Below, in pieces: positions 23,580-32,000 of a stretch of 32,000 nt of DNA. The first letter of the stretch is position 1, and each line of letters opens with the position of its first letter. The position numbers and the translations under genes are program-made. The DNA comes from Thermus thalpophilus. Its GTDB lineage: Bacteria; Deinococcota; Deinococci; Deinococcales; Thermaceae. The notes beneath the pieces were generated by a model. It had not been told where the DNA came from, made no database searches, and saw only the letters and a list, made by a program, of their open reading frames with translations. The DNA lies in NCBI RefSeq assembly GCF_022760915.1, contig NZ_JAKTNS010000020.1:317-32316 (forward strand). The letters are read 5' to 3'.

Positions 23580-24950
23580 GTGCGGGCGGTGGTGGTGGGT
23601 GCGGGGATCGGCGGCTTGGTGGCGGCGAGGGCCCTGAGGCGGGCGGGCCTCGAGGTGGTGGTCCTGGAGGCCCACACCTACCCCGGGGGTCTTGCGGGGA
23701 GCTTCTTCCACAAGGGCTTCCATTTTGAGGCGGGGGCCACCCTCCTCACGGGTCTGAGGCCCGAGGCCCCCCTGGGGCGGGCCCTGGCCCTTTTGGGCCT
23801 ACGCTTGCCCTTTTCCCCCTTGCCCCCGGGCTTCCCCCTCCTGGAGGTCCTCCTGCCCCGGGGGCGCCTGGTGCGGCCCGTGGGGCGGGAGGCGGAGCGG
23901 GAGGCAGAGCGGGACTTCTTCGGGCCCCGGGTCCTCCCCTTTTGGGACTGGCAAGGGGAGCGGGCGGAGCGGCTTCTCGCCCTGGCCCCAAGCCTCCCCT
24001 GGCCCCCGGAGGGGGAGGAGTGGAGGGCGCTTTGGGGGCGCCTTCCCGCCCTCCTTCCCCTCCTCCCCGAGCTCTTCCTCCCCGTCCTGGCCCGATCCCC
24101 CGAGGACCCCCATTTCCGCCGCTTCCTGAGGGCGCAGCTCCTCATCACCGCCCAGACGGAAAACCCCTACGCCCTCTACGCCGCCCTCGCCTTGGACCTG
24201 CCCCACCTGGGGGCGGCCCTGCCCCCCCGCATGGGCCTCCTGGCCGAGGCCCTGGCGGAGGGCCTCAAGGTGCGCTACAAGGCGAGGGCGGTGCGCCTCC
24301 TCCACCGGGAGGGGCGGGCCCATGGGGTGGAGGTGGTTCACGGCGGGCGGAAGCGGGGGGAAAGGGAGGTGGTGGCGGGGGACGTCTTTCTCCTCAACGT
24401 CCCCCCTGAGCCCCTCCTGGGCCTACCCGGGCGGGCGCCCCGGGACGGCTGGGGGGCCTTTGTGGTCTACGGCGTCCTCCCGTGGGCCGAGCCGCCCCCC
24501 TACTACCGGCAAAACGCAAGGGAGCGGCCCTTCGCTTTCCTCTCCCTGCGCCCCGAGGGGGAAAGGACCCTCTTCACCCTTTCCTTCCACGTGCCCATAG
24601 CCCCTTGGCTCGCCCTTCCCCGGGAGGACTACCGGGAGGCCAAGGCCCGCTTCCTGGAAAAGGCCCTCGCTTTGGGCGAGGCCCTCCTCCCCGGCCTCCG
24701 GGAGGCCTCCCTCCTCTTCGCCGCCACCCCCAGGACCTACCTCCGCTTCGCCGGCCGGGCCTGGGTGGGGGGCATCCCCCAGACCCACCCCTTCCGCTTC
24801 CCCCGGGTGCGCCTTCTCCCGAACGTCTTCCGGGTGGGGGAGGGCGTCTTCCCGGGGCAGGGGATCCCCGCCGTTGCGCTTTCCGGCCTCAGGGGGGCCT
24901 GGCTGGCCCTGGCGTACCTGGGTCTAGGAGGCGTTCCAGATAGCCCCTGA
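23580..24950 (+). CDS. FAD-dependent oxidoreductase of the phytoene desaturase (CrtI/CrtD) family
   Basis: (V)RAVVVGAGIGGLVAARALRRAGLEVVVLEAHTYPGGLAGSF is a dinucleotide-binding motif. C-terminal ...VGEGVFPGQGIPAVALSG. I prefer GTG at 23580; TTG at 23547 is possible. Confidence 0.8.
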   Translation: MRAVVVGAGIGGLVAARALRRAGLEVVVLEAHTYPGGLAGSFFHKGFHFEAGATLLTGLRPEAPLGRALALLGLRLPFSPLPPGFPLLEVLLPRGRLVRPVGREAEREAERDFFGPRVLPFWDWQGERAERLLALAPSLPWPPEGEEWRALWGRLPALLPLLPELFLPVLARSPEDPHFRRFLRAQLLITAQTENPYALYAALALDLPHLGAALPPRMGLLAEALAEGLKVRYKARAVRLLHREGRAHGVEVVHGGRKRGEREVVAGDVFLLNVPPEPLLGLPGRAPRDGWGAFVVYGVLPWAEPPPYYRQNARERPFAFLSLRPEGERTLFTLSFHVPIAPWLALPREDYREAKARFLEKALALGEALLPGLREASLLFAATPRTYLRFAGRAWVGGIPQTHPFRFPRVRLLPNVFRVGEGVFPGQGIPAVALSGLRGAWLALAYLGLGGVPDSP

Positions 24951-26166
24951 TGGCCCGGGCGGTGCGCCCTTCCCGCTCCGTGAGGAGGTCCAGGTGGGTG
25001 AGGCCGGGGAGGATTTCCACCCACCCCGGCGTCCCGGGAAAGAGCTCGCCCAGGCGGAAGTCCTTCGGCTCGCGCACGAGCCCCCGGCCCGCCCCCAGGG
25101 CAAGGACGGGGTAGGGGAGGGGCCGGGGCCCGAGGTCGGGGCGCACGTGGGGATAGCCCCCCACCTCCAGGAGGAGGCGGTAGGGGAAGTACCACTCGGA
25201 AAACCCCGTCTCGGCCCGGGCGAAGGCGCGGAGGAAGGCCCTTGGGTCCGTCGCCTCCCCGGTGTCCCGCCAGGCGATGGGCCCCAGCCTCGGCCCCCGC
25301 ACGGTGAGGACGAGCCGCCCCTGGAGGAGGCCCCAAAGGCTCAGGCCCTCCCGGGCGAAGGCCCGCCCCACGCTCACGCTGAAGGGGGGGAAGAGGCTGT
25401 AGTGGTCGTCCACCCGGAGGAGGGCCTTGGCTTCCCGGGTGGCCCGGTGGGGCCCCAAGGGCACAAGTTCCTCGGGCCGCTTTGCCGCCAGGTAGGCCTC
25501 CGCCTCCGCCAGGGCGAGCTCCTTGGGCCCAAGCCCCGGAAGCTGGAAGACGGGGCTCGCCCGGCCCGCGAGGAGGTCCTCGAGGCCCGGGAGTCGGCCC
25601 AAGGGGGTGTCCTGCCCCTGGAGGAAGGCCTCCCGGGGGAGGCTTATGAGGCCCAAGGTCCCGTCCAGGAGGACGAGGCCCCGGAGCTTCTCCCCGTGGG
25701 CCCAAGCGTAGAGGGCGGCGAGGCTCGCCCCGAGGGAGTGGCCCGCCAGGACCACGGGGGCCCGCTTCCTGGCCTCCGCCACCGCCTGGTCCAGGTCCAG
25801 GAGGTGGACGTCCAGCCCGAAGTCCCTTAGGGGGGCTAGGTCGGGCTCGGGGAGGGTTTGGTAGTAGGCGAGGGGGTCCTCCGCCCGGAAGCCCCGGCGG
25901 TCCTCCAGGCCGTTGGCCCGCCGCTCCCAGGCCCAGACCTCGAGCCAAGGTGCCTCCCGACGAAGGTGTTCCGCTAGGAGAGCGAAGTTGGTGCTCCCCC
26001 CAAGGAGGCCGGGGACGAGGAGGAGCACCGCCCGCGGGTTTTCCGCCGGGTAGGCCAGGGCGTAGCTCCGGTCCAGCCCCGGCCGCCCGGTGTCGGCCCC
26101 GGGAACGGCCCGGTAGGTCTGGCCCAAGGCGAGGCCCAGAAGGAGCGTAAAGACAAGAAGCCGCAT
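24889..26166 (-). CDS. Secreted alpha/beta-fold hydrolase (lipase/esterase-like)
   Basis: Signal peptide MRLLVFTLLLGLALGQT. Nucleophile elbow VVLAGHSLGASLA. 425 aa. The 3' end overlaps the convergent oxidoreductase by 62 bp. Confidence 0.8.
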   Translation of the reverse strand: MRLLVFTLLLGLALGQTYRAVPGADTGRPGLDRSYALAYPAENPRAVLLLVPGLLGGSTNFALLAEHLRREAPWLEVWAWERRANGLEDRRGFRAEDPLAYYQTLPEPDLAPLRDFGLDVHLLDLDQAVAEARKRAPVVLAGHSLGASLAALYAWAHGEKLRGLVLLDGTLGLISLPREAFLQGQDTPLGRLPGLEDLLAGRASPVFQLPGLGPKELALAEAEAYLAAKRPEELVPLGPHRATREAKALLRVDDHYSLFPPFSVSVGRAFAREGLSLWGLLQGRLVLTVRGPRLGPIAWRDTGEATDPRAFLRAFARAETGFSEWYFPYRLLLEVGGYPHVRPDLGPRPLPYPVLALGAGRGLVREPKDFRLGELFPGTPGWVEILPGLTHLDLLTEREGRTARAIRGYLERLLDPGTPGPARPP

Positions 26167-26262
26167 GCCCTTAGGGTGGGCCTAGGGGGCTTGGGGTGCT
26201 AGGGGGAAGGCCACGGTTTCCCCAAAGCGTTTGGGGGAAGGGCCCCCGCCTAGAATGACCCT

Positions 26263-26817
26263 ATGGGGGAGGCCACCCAAAAACTTGTGCTTTTATCCGC
26301 CGAGGCGTATCTGGCCTGGGAGGAGGGCCAACCCGTGCGCCATGAGCTCCTCGAGGGCATCCCCTACGCCATGGCGGGGGCGATCCGGACGCACAACCTG
26401 CTGGTGGGAAACCTGTACGCCCTCCTGCGTCCCCGGGCCCGGGAGCGGGGTTGCCGGATCTACACCGAAACGGTCAAGCTACGGGTGGGAGAGCGCACCT
26501 TCTACTACCCCGACCTTATGGTGGTCTGCCAGGGGGAGCCCCCTCACAGCCACTACGAGGAGAATCCCTGCCTGGTGGTGGAGGTTCTCTCCGAGGCCAC
26601 CGAGGTCATAGATCGCAGGGAAAAGCTCTGGCGCTACCGGGAGATCCGTACCTTACAGGGCTATCTGATGGTGGAAAGCCGCGCCCGGCGGGTGGAGGCG
26701 TATGTCCGGGAGGGGGCGGATTGGCTTTACCGGGTGGTGGAGGAGGGAGAAGTGGAGGTACCCTGCCTGGACCTGAGGATTCCCTTGGAGGCGGTCTATG
26801 AGGGGGTAGAGGTGTAA
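26263..26817 (+). CDS. Uma2-family (DUF820) PD-(D/E)xK endonuclease
   Basis: 184 aa. YLAWEEGQPVRHELLEGIPYAMAGAIRTHNLLVGNL...YYPDLMVVC...PCLVVEVLSEATEVIDRREKLWRYREIRTLQGY is the typical Uma2 core. Confidence 0.85.
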   Translation: MGEATQKLVLLSAEAYLAWEEGQPVRHELLEGIPYAMAGAIRTHNLLVGNLYALLRPRARERGCRIYTETVKLRVGERTFYYPDLMVVCQGEPPHSHYEENPCLVVEVLSEATEVIDRREKLWRYREIRTLQGYLMVESRARRVEAYVREGADWLYRVVEEGEVEVPCLDLRIPLEAVYEGVEV

Positions 26818-27150
26818 CCTCTGGCGGGCGAAGAGGGTGAGGAGCGCGAGGGCGGCGGTCAGGGCGGTGAAGTAAAGCATGAGGCGGTTCAGGGCGGTGT
26901 TGATCTCTGCTTTCACCTCTTGGCGCAGGGTGTCTATTTTGGCATCCAGTCGGGCGATCTCCTCCCGCATCTCCTGCCGCAGGCCCTCGGTTTGCGACTT
27001 CATCTCCTGCCGCAGGCCTGTGATTTCCGCCTTGACCTCCTGCCTGAGGAGGTCCATGCGGTGCTCCAGGGAGGACACCCGGTCGGGGAGGGTGGCCATC
27101 ACCCCCTCCACGATGCCTTCCAGCTTGTAGAGGCGCTCCTCCGTGGTCAT
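26653..27150 (-). CDS. Coiled-coil protein with a C-terminal TM helix (DUF1640-like); the true 3' end is uncertain
   Basis: Repeated LRQE(V/M)K heptad-like units (LLRQEVKAEITGLRQEMKSQTEGLRQEMREEIARLDAKIDTLRQEVKAEI), then the TM helix LMLYFTALTAALALLTLFA. The last ~55 codons overlap the Uma2 3' end and look non-genuine. Confidence 0.6.
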   Translation of the reverse strand: MTTEERLYKLEGIVEGVMATLPDRVSSLEHRMDLLRQEVKAEITGLRQEMKSQTEGLRQEMREEIARLDAKIDTLRQEVKAEINTALNRLMLYFTALTAALALLTLFARQRLHLYPLIDRLQGNPQVQAGYLHFSLLHHPVKPIRPLPDIRLHPPGAAFHHQIAL

Positions 27151-27174
27151 TGCCCTTAGGGTAGCATAGCTTTT

Positions 27175-27888
27175 TTACCGAGGTACAACCGCTTCGGCAA
27201 AGACCAGCCCGAGCTTCCCATAGCGGTGCAGTTCGCTGCGAAAGCCCACTTCTTCCAGCAGGTTGAGGAGGGCTTCCTCGCCCGGCCGATAGAGGCCCAA
27301 GGAGGCCCCTGGCCCGAGGAGGAGCATCCCGAAAAGCCTTCCCCCTTCCCGAAGGACCCGGCGGGCCTCGAGGGCCGCCCTCCTGGGGTCCTGGAACTCA
27401 TTCCAGGTAGGGCCGATGGCCACCCCGCCGAAGCTGCCTTCCCGGAAGGGGAGGGCTTCCCCGTGGCCCAGGAGGTAGGGCCCGGGCCTGCGCCGGGCCG
27501 CCACCTTCAGGAAGGCGGGGGAGGGGTCCAAGCCCACCGCCCTTTCCCCCAGGGCCTCCCGGTGGACCCCGGTGCCCGTGCCCACGTCCAGGAAAGGCCC
27601 TCCCCTGGGGAGGAGCCAGGAGCGGAGGAGGGCCCGCTCCTCGGAGAAGGTGAGGGTCCCTCTGGAAAGGAGGGCGGTGGAGCGCACCCGCCAGGCGTCG
27701 TAGCCCCAGGCGGTGAAGGGGAAACGGTTGACGAGGGCGAGGTGGAGCCGCTCCTTGCCCGCCCGCAGGTCCAAAAAGGGCCCCCGGAAGGGGTAGCGCA
27801 CCCCACACCGGGGGCACGAAAACCCCTCCAGACCCGCCCCGCACCGCGGGCAGGCGAGGAGGGGAAGAAGCCAAGGGGGAAGCGCCAT
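27175..27888 (-). CDS. Class I SAM-dependent methyltransferase with an N-terminal Trm112-like zinc ribbon
   Basis: CPRCGAGLEGFSCPRCG, then the SAM motif I FLDVGTGTGVH and GGRLF. 237 aa. Confidence 0.8.
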   Translation of the reverse strand: MALPPWLLPLLACPRCGAGLEGFSCPRCGVRYPFRGPFLDLRAGKERLHLALVNRFPFTAWGYDAWRVRSTALLSRGTLTFSEERALLRSWLLPRGGPFLDVGTGTGVHREALGERAVGLDPSPAFLKVAARRRPGPYLLGHGEALPFREGSFGGVAIGPTWNEFQDPRRAALEARRVLREGGRLFGMLLLGPGASLGLYRPGEEALLNLLEEVGFRSELHRYGKLGLVFAEAVVPR

Positions 27889-27927
27889 AAAAAGGCCCCC
27901 CAGGGGGGCCTGGAGGGGTGGGCAGGC

Positions 27928-28596
27928 CTAGCGGTTCCCGCCCAAGGCGGCGGCGTCCACCACGGGCACCACGGTGAGGGTGCCCGCCCTCACGCTCCCC
28001 ACGGCGAAGACGGTGTAGGTCTTGCCGCTTTCCAGGACCACCCCGGGAAGCTCCAGGGCCACGGTGGTGGTGCCGGCCACCCGCACTTCCAGGTCATACC
28101 GCCCCGCAGCCACCACCAGGTACTGGCTCGCCCGAGGGAAGGGGAGGTTTTGGAAGAGCACCGGGCCTGCCTTCACCGCCACGTCCACCGCTGGGGCGTC
28201 GGGGGAAGCGTGCACCACCCGCACCCGGGCGTAGCCCGCCCGGGGGAAGAGGCCCGCCAGGGCGTCCGTGTACACCTGGGGCCGGATCTGGGCCAAAAAG
28301 CCCGTGGCGGCCACGGTGTAGTAGACCCCTTCCCGCAGGTCCAGCTCGGCGTCAATGACCACGGGGGCGTCCTGCCCCGCCGGCACCACCTGGACCCGCA
28401 CCTTGGCGGCGGGAAGGGGGATATAGGGGGTCACCTCCTTAAAGGCCAGGTTCCGAATGGCCCGCTCCCCGTTCACCAGGACGTCCACCGCTGGGGCGTC
28501 GGGGGAGAGGTGGGCCACCCGCACCATGGCCCCTTGGGCCCAGCTGAGCCCGGCCAATACCATCAACAGCAAGGGCAAAAGCTTACGCATACGCAC
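27928..28596 (-). CDS. Secreted DUF4397-like protein (internal duplication)
   Basis: Signal peptide MRMRKLLPLLLMVLAGLSWAQG. Two repeats: VRVAHLSPDAPAVDVLVNG and VRVVHASPDAPAVDVAVKAG. Confidence 0.7.
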   Translation of the reverse strand: MRMRKLLPLLLMVLAGLSWAQGAMVRVAHLSPDAPAVDVLVNGERAIRNLAFKEVTPYIPLPAAKVRVQVVPAGQDAPVVIDAELDLREGVYYTVAATGFLAQIRPQVYTDALAGLFPRAGYARVRVVHASPDAPAVDVAVKAGPVLFQNLPFPRASQYLVVAAGRYDLEVRVAGTTTVALELPGVVLESGKTYTVFAVGSVRAGTLTVVPVVDAAALGGNR

Positions 28597-28644
28597 CTCC
28601 TTGCCCTCATTGGGGCTTCTTAAAGCTAGCGCGAAACCTTTTGT

Positions 28645-30624
28645 CTAACCTTTGTCTAAGCTACCTTCCAGCGGGAGGGAGCCCCCTAGGTGTGGTTCGG
28701 GGTACAGGTTTTCCCCTTTGAGGCGGAGGCTCTGCCCCGCCACCAAGAGGTACACCTCCTCCGCCGCCTCGGCGAAGCGGGCGTTCACCTCCCCCAGAAG
28801 GTCGCGGTAGCGGCGGGCCAGGGGGTTGGCGGGGACGATGCCTAGGCCCACCTCGTTGGACACGGCGATGACCCGCTTGCCGCTTTCCTCCACCGCCCTT
28901 AGGAAGCGCTCCGCTTCCTCCAGGGGGTCCAGGCCGTGTTCCAGCAGGTTTGAGACCCAAAGGGTGAGGCAGTCCACCACCACCGTGGGGTGGCGGGCCT
29001 GTGTGAGCGCCTCCGCCAGGGCGAGGGGCTCCTCCAGGGTCTCCCAGGTGGGGGGACGCTCCTCTCGGTGGCGGCGGATCCTTTCCGCCATTTCCTCGTC
29101 CCGGGGCTCGGCGGTGGCGATCAAGGTGGCATAGGGCCCAGCGAGCCGTTGGGCGAAGCGGCTTTTGCCGCTTTTCGCCCCGCCCAAGAGGAGGACGAGG
29201 CCGGGGGGCGGGGGAGGGTCAGGGGGCTTGGCGCTTCCTGCGGGGAAGGCCTTTCCTGATAGCCCTAAGGCCCGGTGGAGGCGGTTTAAGTCCAGGTGTG
29301 CCTCGAGGGCGTCCGCCAGGGCGTCCAGGGCTTCCTCCAGGCCCTTGGCCTCCCGGCCGAAGAGGGCCCGTTGCACCCCGGGGTTTTCCAGGAGGCCGTG
29401 GAGCCAGGTGGCGAGGAGGCTTCCCTCCTGGTGGAAGAGGGGCAGGCCCTCCCCGTGGTGGATCTCGTAGCCCCGCACCTTTAGGCCGTTGAGCCGGGCC
29501 CAGTACCCCGTGAGCCCCAAAAGGGGCACCTCCTTGGCCTCCACCCGCTTCTCCCGGCGCATCCGCACCCGGTGGGGGAGGAGGCCAAGCCCGGGGAAGA
29601 CTCCCTTCTCCTCCACCCCCTCCTCGTCCAGGATGGCCTCGGCGAGCATCTCCGCCCCGCCGCAGACGGCGAGGAGGGGCTTGCCCGCCTCCAGGTGGCG
29701 CCTTAGGAGGGGCAGGAAGCGCCTGAGCCAGGGGAGGTCCCGGGCGGGGAGGCGGCTTCCGGGGAGGATCAGGAGCTCGGCCCCTTCCGCCTCCTCGGGG
29801 CTTTGGGCGTGTATGGGGCGGGCGAGCTCGGCGAGGGGCCAGAACTCATCCAGGTTGGCGGCGTGGGGGTAGCGGAGGATGGCCACCTTGGGGCCCTCCC
29901 CGGCCCTAGGGCGGTAGCGGAAGCCGTCCTCCTCGGGGAGCTCCAGGGGGAGCATGGGGAGGGTTCCCAGGACCGGCACCCCTGTCCAGCCCTCCAGGAG
30001 GCGGTAGGCGGGGGTGAGGAGGGAGAGGTCCCCCCGGAACTTGTTGAAGGCGAAGCCGAGGAGACGCTCCCGGTGCTCCCCCAGAAGGGCCCAGGTGCCG
30101 TAGAGGGCCGCCAAGGCCCCTCCCTGGTCCACGTCCGCCACCAGGAGGGCCTTGGCCCCGGCCCACTCCGCCACCTTGAGGTTGGGGAGGTCGGGCCAGA
30201 GGTTCCGCTCCACCGGGCTTCCCGCCCCCTCCAGCACCAAAAGCTCGTACTCCGCCAAAAGGCCCTCCAAGGCCTCCCGCACGGGCGCCTCCAGGTGGGG
30301 CTTCCGCTCCTGCCAGGGCAGGGAGGAGAGGAAGGGGTCCACCCGGCCCAGGACCACCACCTGGGCCCCCCGCTCCCCGAAGGGCTTCACCAGGATGGGG
30401 TTCATCCGCACCTCCGCCTCCACCCCGGCCGCCAGGGCCTGGAGCCACTGGGCGGTGGCCAGCTCCCCGCCCCGGGCCACCCGGGCGTGGTTGGCCATGT
30501 TCTGGGCCTTGAAGGGGGCGGCCTTGAGGCCCATCCGGCGGAAGTGGCGGAGAAGCCCCGCCACGAAGAGGCTTTTCCCCACCCCGCTCCCCGTGCCCCA
30601 GACCGCTAGGGCCTTAGCCCGCAA
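28645..30624 (-). CDS. cobQ: Cobyric acid synthase CobQ fused to adenosylcobinamide kinase/guanylyltransferase CobU
   Basis: 659 aa. N-terminal VWGTGSGVGKSLFVAGL (CobQ P-loop) and the GATase region LAVCGGAEMLAE...GYEIHHGE. After a Pro-rich linker, LVLLLGGAKSGKSRFAQRLA...VVVDCLTLWVSNLL...VIAVSNEVGLGIVP is CobU/CobP. Confidence 0.85.
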   Translation of the reverse strand: MRAKALAVWGTGSGVGKSLFVAGLLRHFRRMGLKAAPFKAQNMANHARVARGGELATAQWLQALAAGVEAEVRMNPILVKPFGERGAQVVVLGRVDPFLSSLPWQERKPHLEAPVREALEGLLAEYELLVLEGAGSPVERNLWPDLPNLKVAEWAGAKALLVADVDQGGALAALYGTWALLGEHRERLLGFAFNKFRGDLSLLTPAYRLLEGWTGVPVLGTLPMLPLELPEEDGFRYRPRAGEGPKVAILRYPHAANLDEFWPLAELARPIHAQSPEEAEGAELLILPGSRLPARDLPWLRRFLPLLRRHLEAGKPLLAVCGGAEMLAEAILDEEGVEEKGVFPGLGLLPHRVRMRREKRVEAKEVPLLGLTGYWARLNGLKVRGYEIHHGEGLPLFHQEGSLLATWLHGLLENPGVQRALFGREAKGLEEALDALADALEAHLDLNRLHRALGLSGKAFPAGSAKPPDPPPPPGLVLLLGGAKSGKSRFAQRLAGPYATLIATAEPRDEEMAERIRRHREERPPTWETLEEPLALAEALTQARHPTVVVDCLTLWVSNLLEHGLDPLEEAERFLRAVEESGKRVIAVSNEVGLGIVPANPLARRYRDLLGEVNARFAEAAEEVYLLVAGQSLRLKGENLYPEPHLGGSLPLEGSLDKG

Positions 30625-30677
30625 GCCGCACCTCCACCGCCCCCTCTAGGTAGGTCCGAAGCTCCACCCGCACCCCC

Positions 30678-31685
30678 TCAGTCTACCCGGACCGTGGCGA
30701 GGACCTTCCCTAACGCTTGGAGGAGCGCCGCGATGGCCTCCTCCTTCTGAGCGGAAAGGCGGAGCCACGCGGGAAGCCCGAAGCTGGTGCAGTCCCGGAC
30801 CCGGATGCCCCTTTCCCTCAGGGCCAGGGCCACCTCCGTGGCCCTCCCCACCCGGACCAGGAGGAAGTTGGCGGGGCTTTCCCGCACCTCTAGCCCAAGC
30901 CCCTTCAGGCCCTCCGCCAGGAGGCGCCGGAGGCGGAAGAGTTCCTTTTTGCTCTCCTCCAGCCAGGCCTGGGCCTCGGGGTCCAGGTGGCCGAGAAGAA
31001 GGGCCTCCCCGTAGACGGAAACGGGCCAAGAGGGGGCGAGGTTTTGGAAATGGGTGAGGTCCAGGGGGGCCACCAGGTAGCCCGCCCGCACCCCCGTGAG
31101 GCCGTGGGCCTTGTTGGGGCTGTAGAGCCGGAAGGCCCTCTGGGGTAGGGGAGGGGGGTTTTCCGCGAGGGGGTAATAGGCCAGGTCCAGGACCAAGGCC
31201 CCCTCGGCCCGCTGTGCCGCCTCCTCCAGGAAGGGGTAGACCTCCCCCGTGGGGTTGTTGGGCACACAGAGGAAGGCCAGGGAGCTTCTGGGGAGGAGGG
31301 CCAGGAACTCCTCGGGGCTCTTTGCCTCCCAGAGGGGAAGCTCCAGGGCCCTGGCCGCCCGGGCGTACTCGCTGAAGGTGGGGGGAAGGAGGAGCATGGG
31401 GCCCCTGAGGTAGCTCCAGCGGGCCAGGCGGTGGATGAGCTCGCTCGTCCCCGTGCCCACGGCCACGTTCTCGGGGGCCACCCCGTGGGCCTCCGCCAGG
31501 GCCTCCCGGAGCCTCCGGTAGAGGGGATCGGGGTAGCGGCTGGGGTCGGCCCGCCGGAGGTGGGCCTGGATCACGGGGTTGGGCCCCAGGGCGTTGGCGT
31601 TGGTGGAGAAGTCGTAAAGGGGCTCTGGGCCTCCATCTGGCCCACCGTGGATGGGCCTCAGCACGTCGTCCAACATGCCCTCCAT
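30678..31685 (-). CDS. cobD: PLP-dependent threonine-phosphate decarboxylase (CobD/CobC-like, class I/II aminotransferase fold)
   Basis: 335 aa. FSTNANALGPNP, CVPNNPTGEV, and the PLP-lysine motif YSPNKAHGLTGVRAGY. Adjacent to cobQ-cobU. Confidence 0.75.
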   Translation of the reverse strand: MEGMLDDVLRPIHGGPDGGPEPLYDFSTNANALGPNPVIQAHLRRADPSRYPDPLYRRLREALAEAHGVAPENVAVGTGTSELIHRLARWSYLRGPMLLLPPTFSEYARAARALELPLWEAKSPEEFLALLPRSSLAFLCVPNNPTGEVYPFLEEAAQRAEGALVLDLAYYPLAENPPPLPQRAFRLYSPNKAHGLTGVRAGYLVAPLDLTHFQNLAPSWPVSVYGEALLLGHLDPEAQAWLEESKKELFRLRRLLAEGLKGLGLEVRESPANFLLVRVGRATEVALALRERGIRVRDCTSFGLPAWLRLSAQKEEAIAALLQALGKVLATVRVD

Positions 31686-31721
31686 GGTAGGAAAGCGCCT
31701 CAGGTAAGAATGGGGCCTAGG

Positions 31722-32000
31722 CTAAGGGTAGAGGCGGAGGGCCCCTTGGCGCATGCGCTCCAGGACGGAGGCGAGGCGTGCCGCTTCCTCCTCCGCATAG
31801 GCGTGAAGCTCCACGGGAAGCCCGGGGAAAGCGCGGCGGGCGAGAAGATGGAGATCCTCACGGCGGGCCCCCCGGTAGATCACGAGGACGTCCACGTCGC
31901 TTCCCACTAGGGCCCTTCCCCGGGCCCAGGAGCCGAAGAGCCAGGCCTCGAGGAGGGGTATCTCCTCCCGCAGCGCCTCAACCCCCTCCTTCAGGCGGCG
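31722..32000 (-). CDS. MNT-type nucleotidyltransferase (the 5' end lies outside the window)
   Basis: Extending the 61-aa track ORF upstream in frame gives ...RRLKEGVEALREEIPLLEAWLFGSWARGRALVGSDVDVLVIYRG (GS...DVD motif). The frame stays open to the window edge. Confidence 0.75.
   Translation of the reverse strand, partial: RRLKEGVEALREEIPLLEAWLFGSWARGRALVGSDVDVLVIYRGARREDLHLLARRAFPGLPVELHAYAEEEAARLASVLERMRQGALRLYP

Overview
This is a high-GC (about 68-70%), GC3-rich segment that looks like a Thermus-type plasmid or megaplasmid backbone, similar to pTT27. That assignment rests on codon usage and my recognition of the protein families; no search was run.

Gene order, left to right:
- A partial mrr gene.
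- parB-parA partition genes on the minus strand.
- A type III-A CRISPR-Cas module: cas6 (-), then cas10-csm2-csm3-csm4-csm5 (+).
- A frameshifted cas2 (-).
- An IS110-family (IS1000-like) element.
- CRISPR array 1 (5 repeats) with its leader.
- cas1 (-) and a CARF-HEPN csm6-like gene (-).
- A plasmid origin: an A+T-rich patch plus 13 copies of a 20-bp iteron.
- A RepA/RepT-like initiator gene (-).
- A second CARF-HEPN csm6 (+).
- CRISPR array 2 (8 repeats) with a near-duplicate leader.
- A tightly coupled minus-strand operon: SDR, flavin reductase, YceI-like protein, UV damage endonuclease. The SDR gene is split by a 1.7-kb tnpA-less element that encodes a TnpB-like RuvC protein with no zinc ribbon.
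- Housekeeping and accessory genes: an orphan MNT nucleotidyltransferase, a CrtI-family oxidoreductase, a secreted alpha/beta hydrolase, a Uma2 nuclease, a coiled-coil membrane protein, a methyltransferase, a DUF4397 protein, a CobQ-CobU fusion, cobD, and a second partial MNT.

Both arrays are transcribed on the minus strand, with leaders on their right and an ATTGCGAC-type 8-nt handle at the repeat 3' end.

The most interesting items are:
- the atypical TnpB-like element;
- the replicon nested inside the CRISPR-Cas locus;
- the IS110 element sitting on the edge of array 1, next to repeat-like sequence;
- the cas2 pseudogene separated from cas1;
- the single-base handle variant that distinguishes the two arrays.

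Many long ORFs in the supplied track are antisense or off-frame shadows typical of high-GC DNA, and I rejected them.
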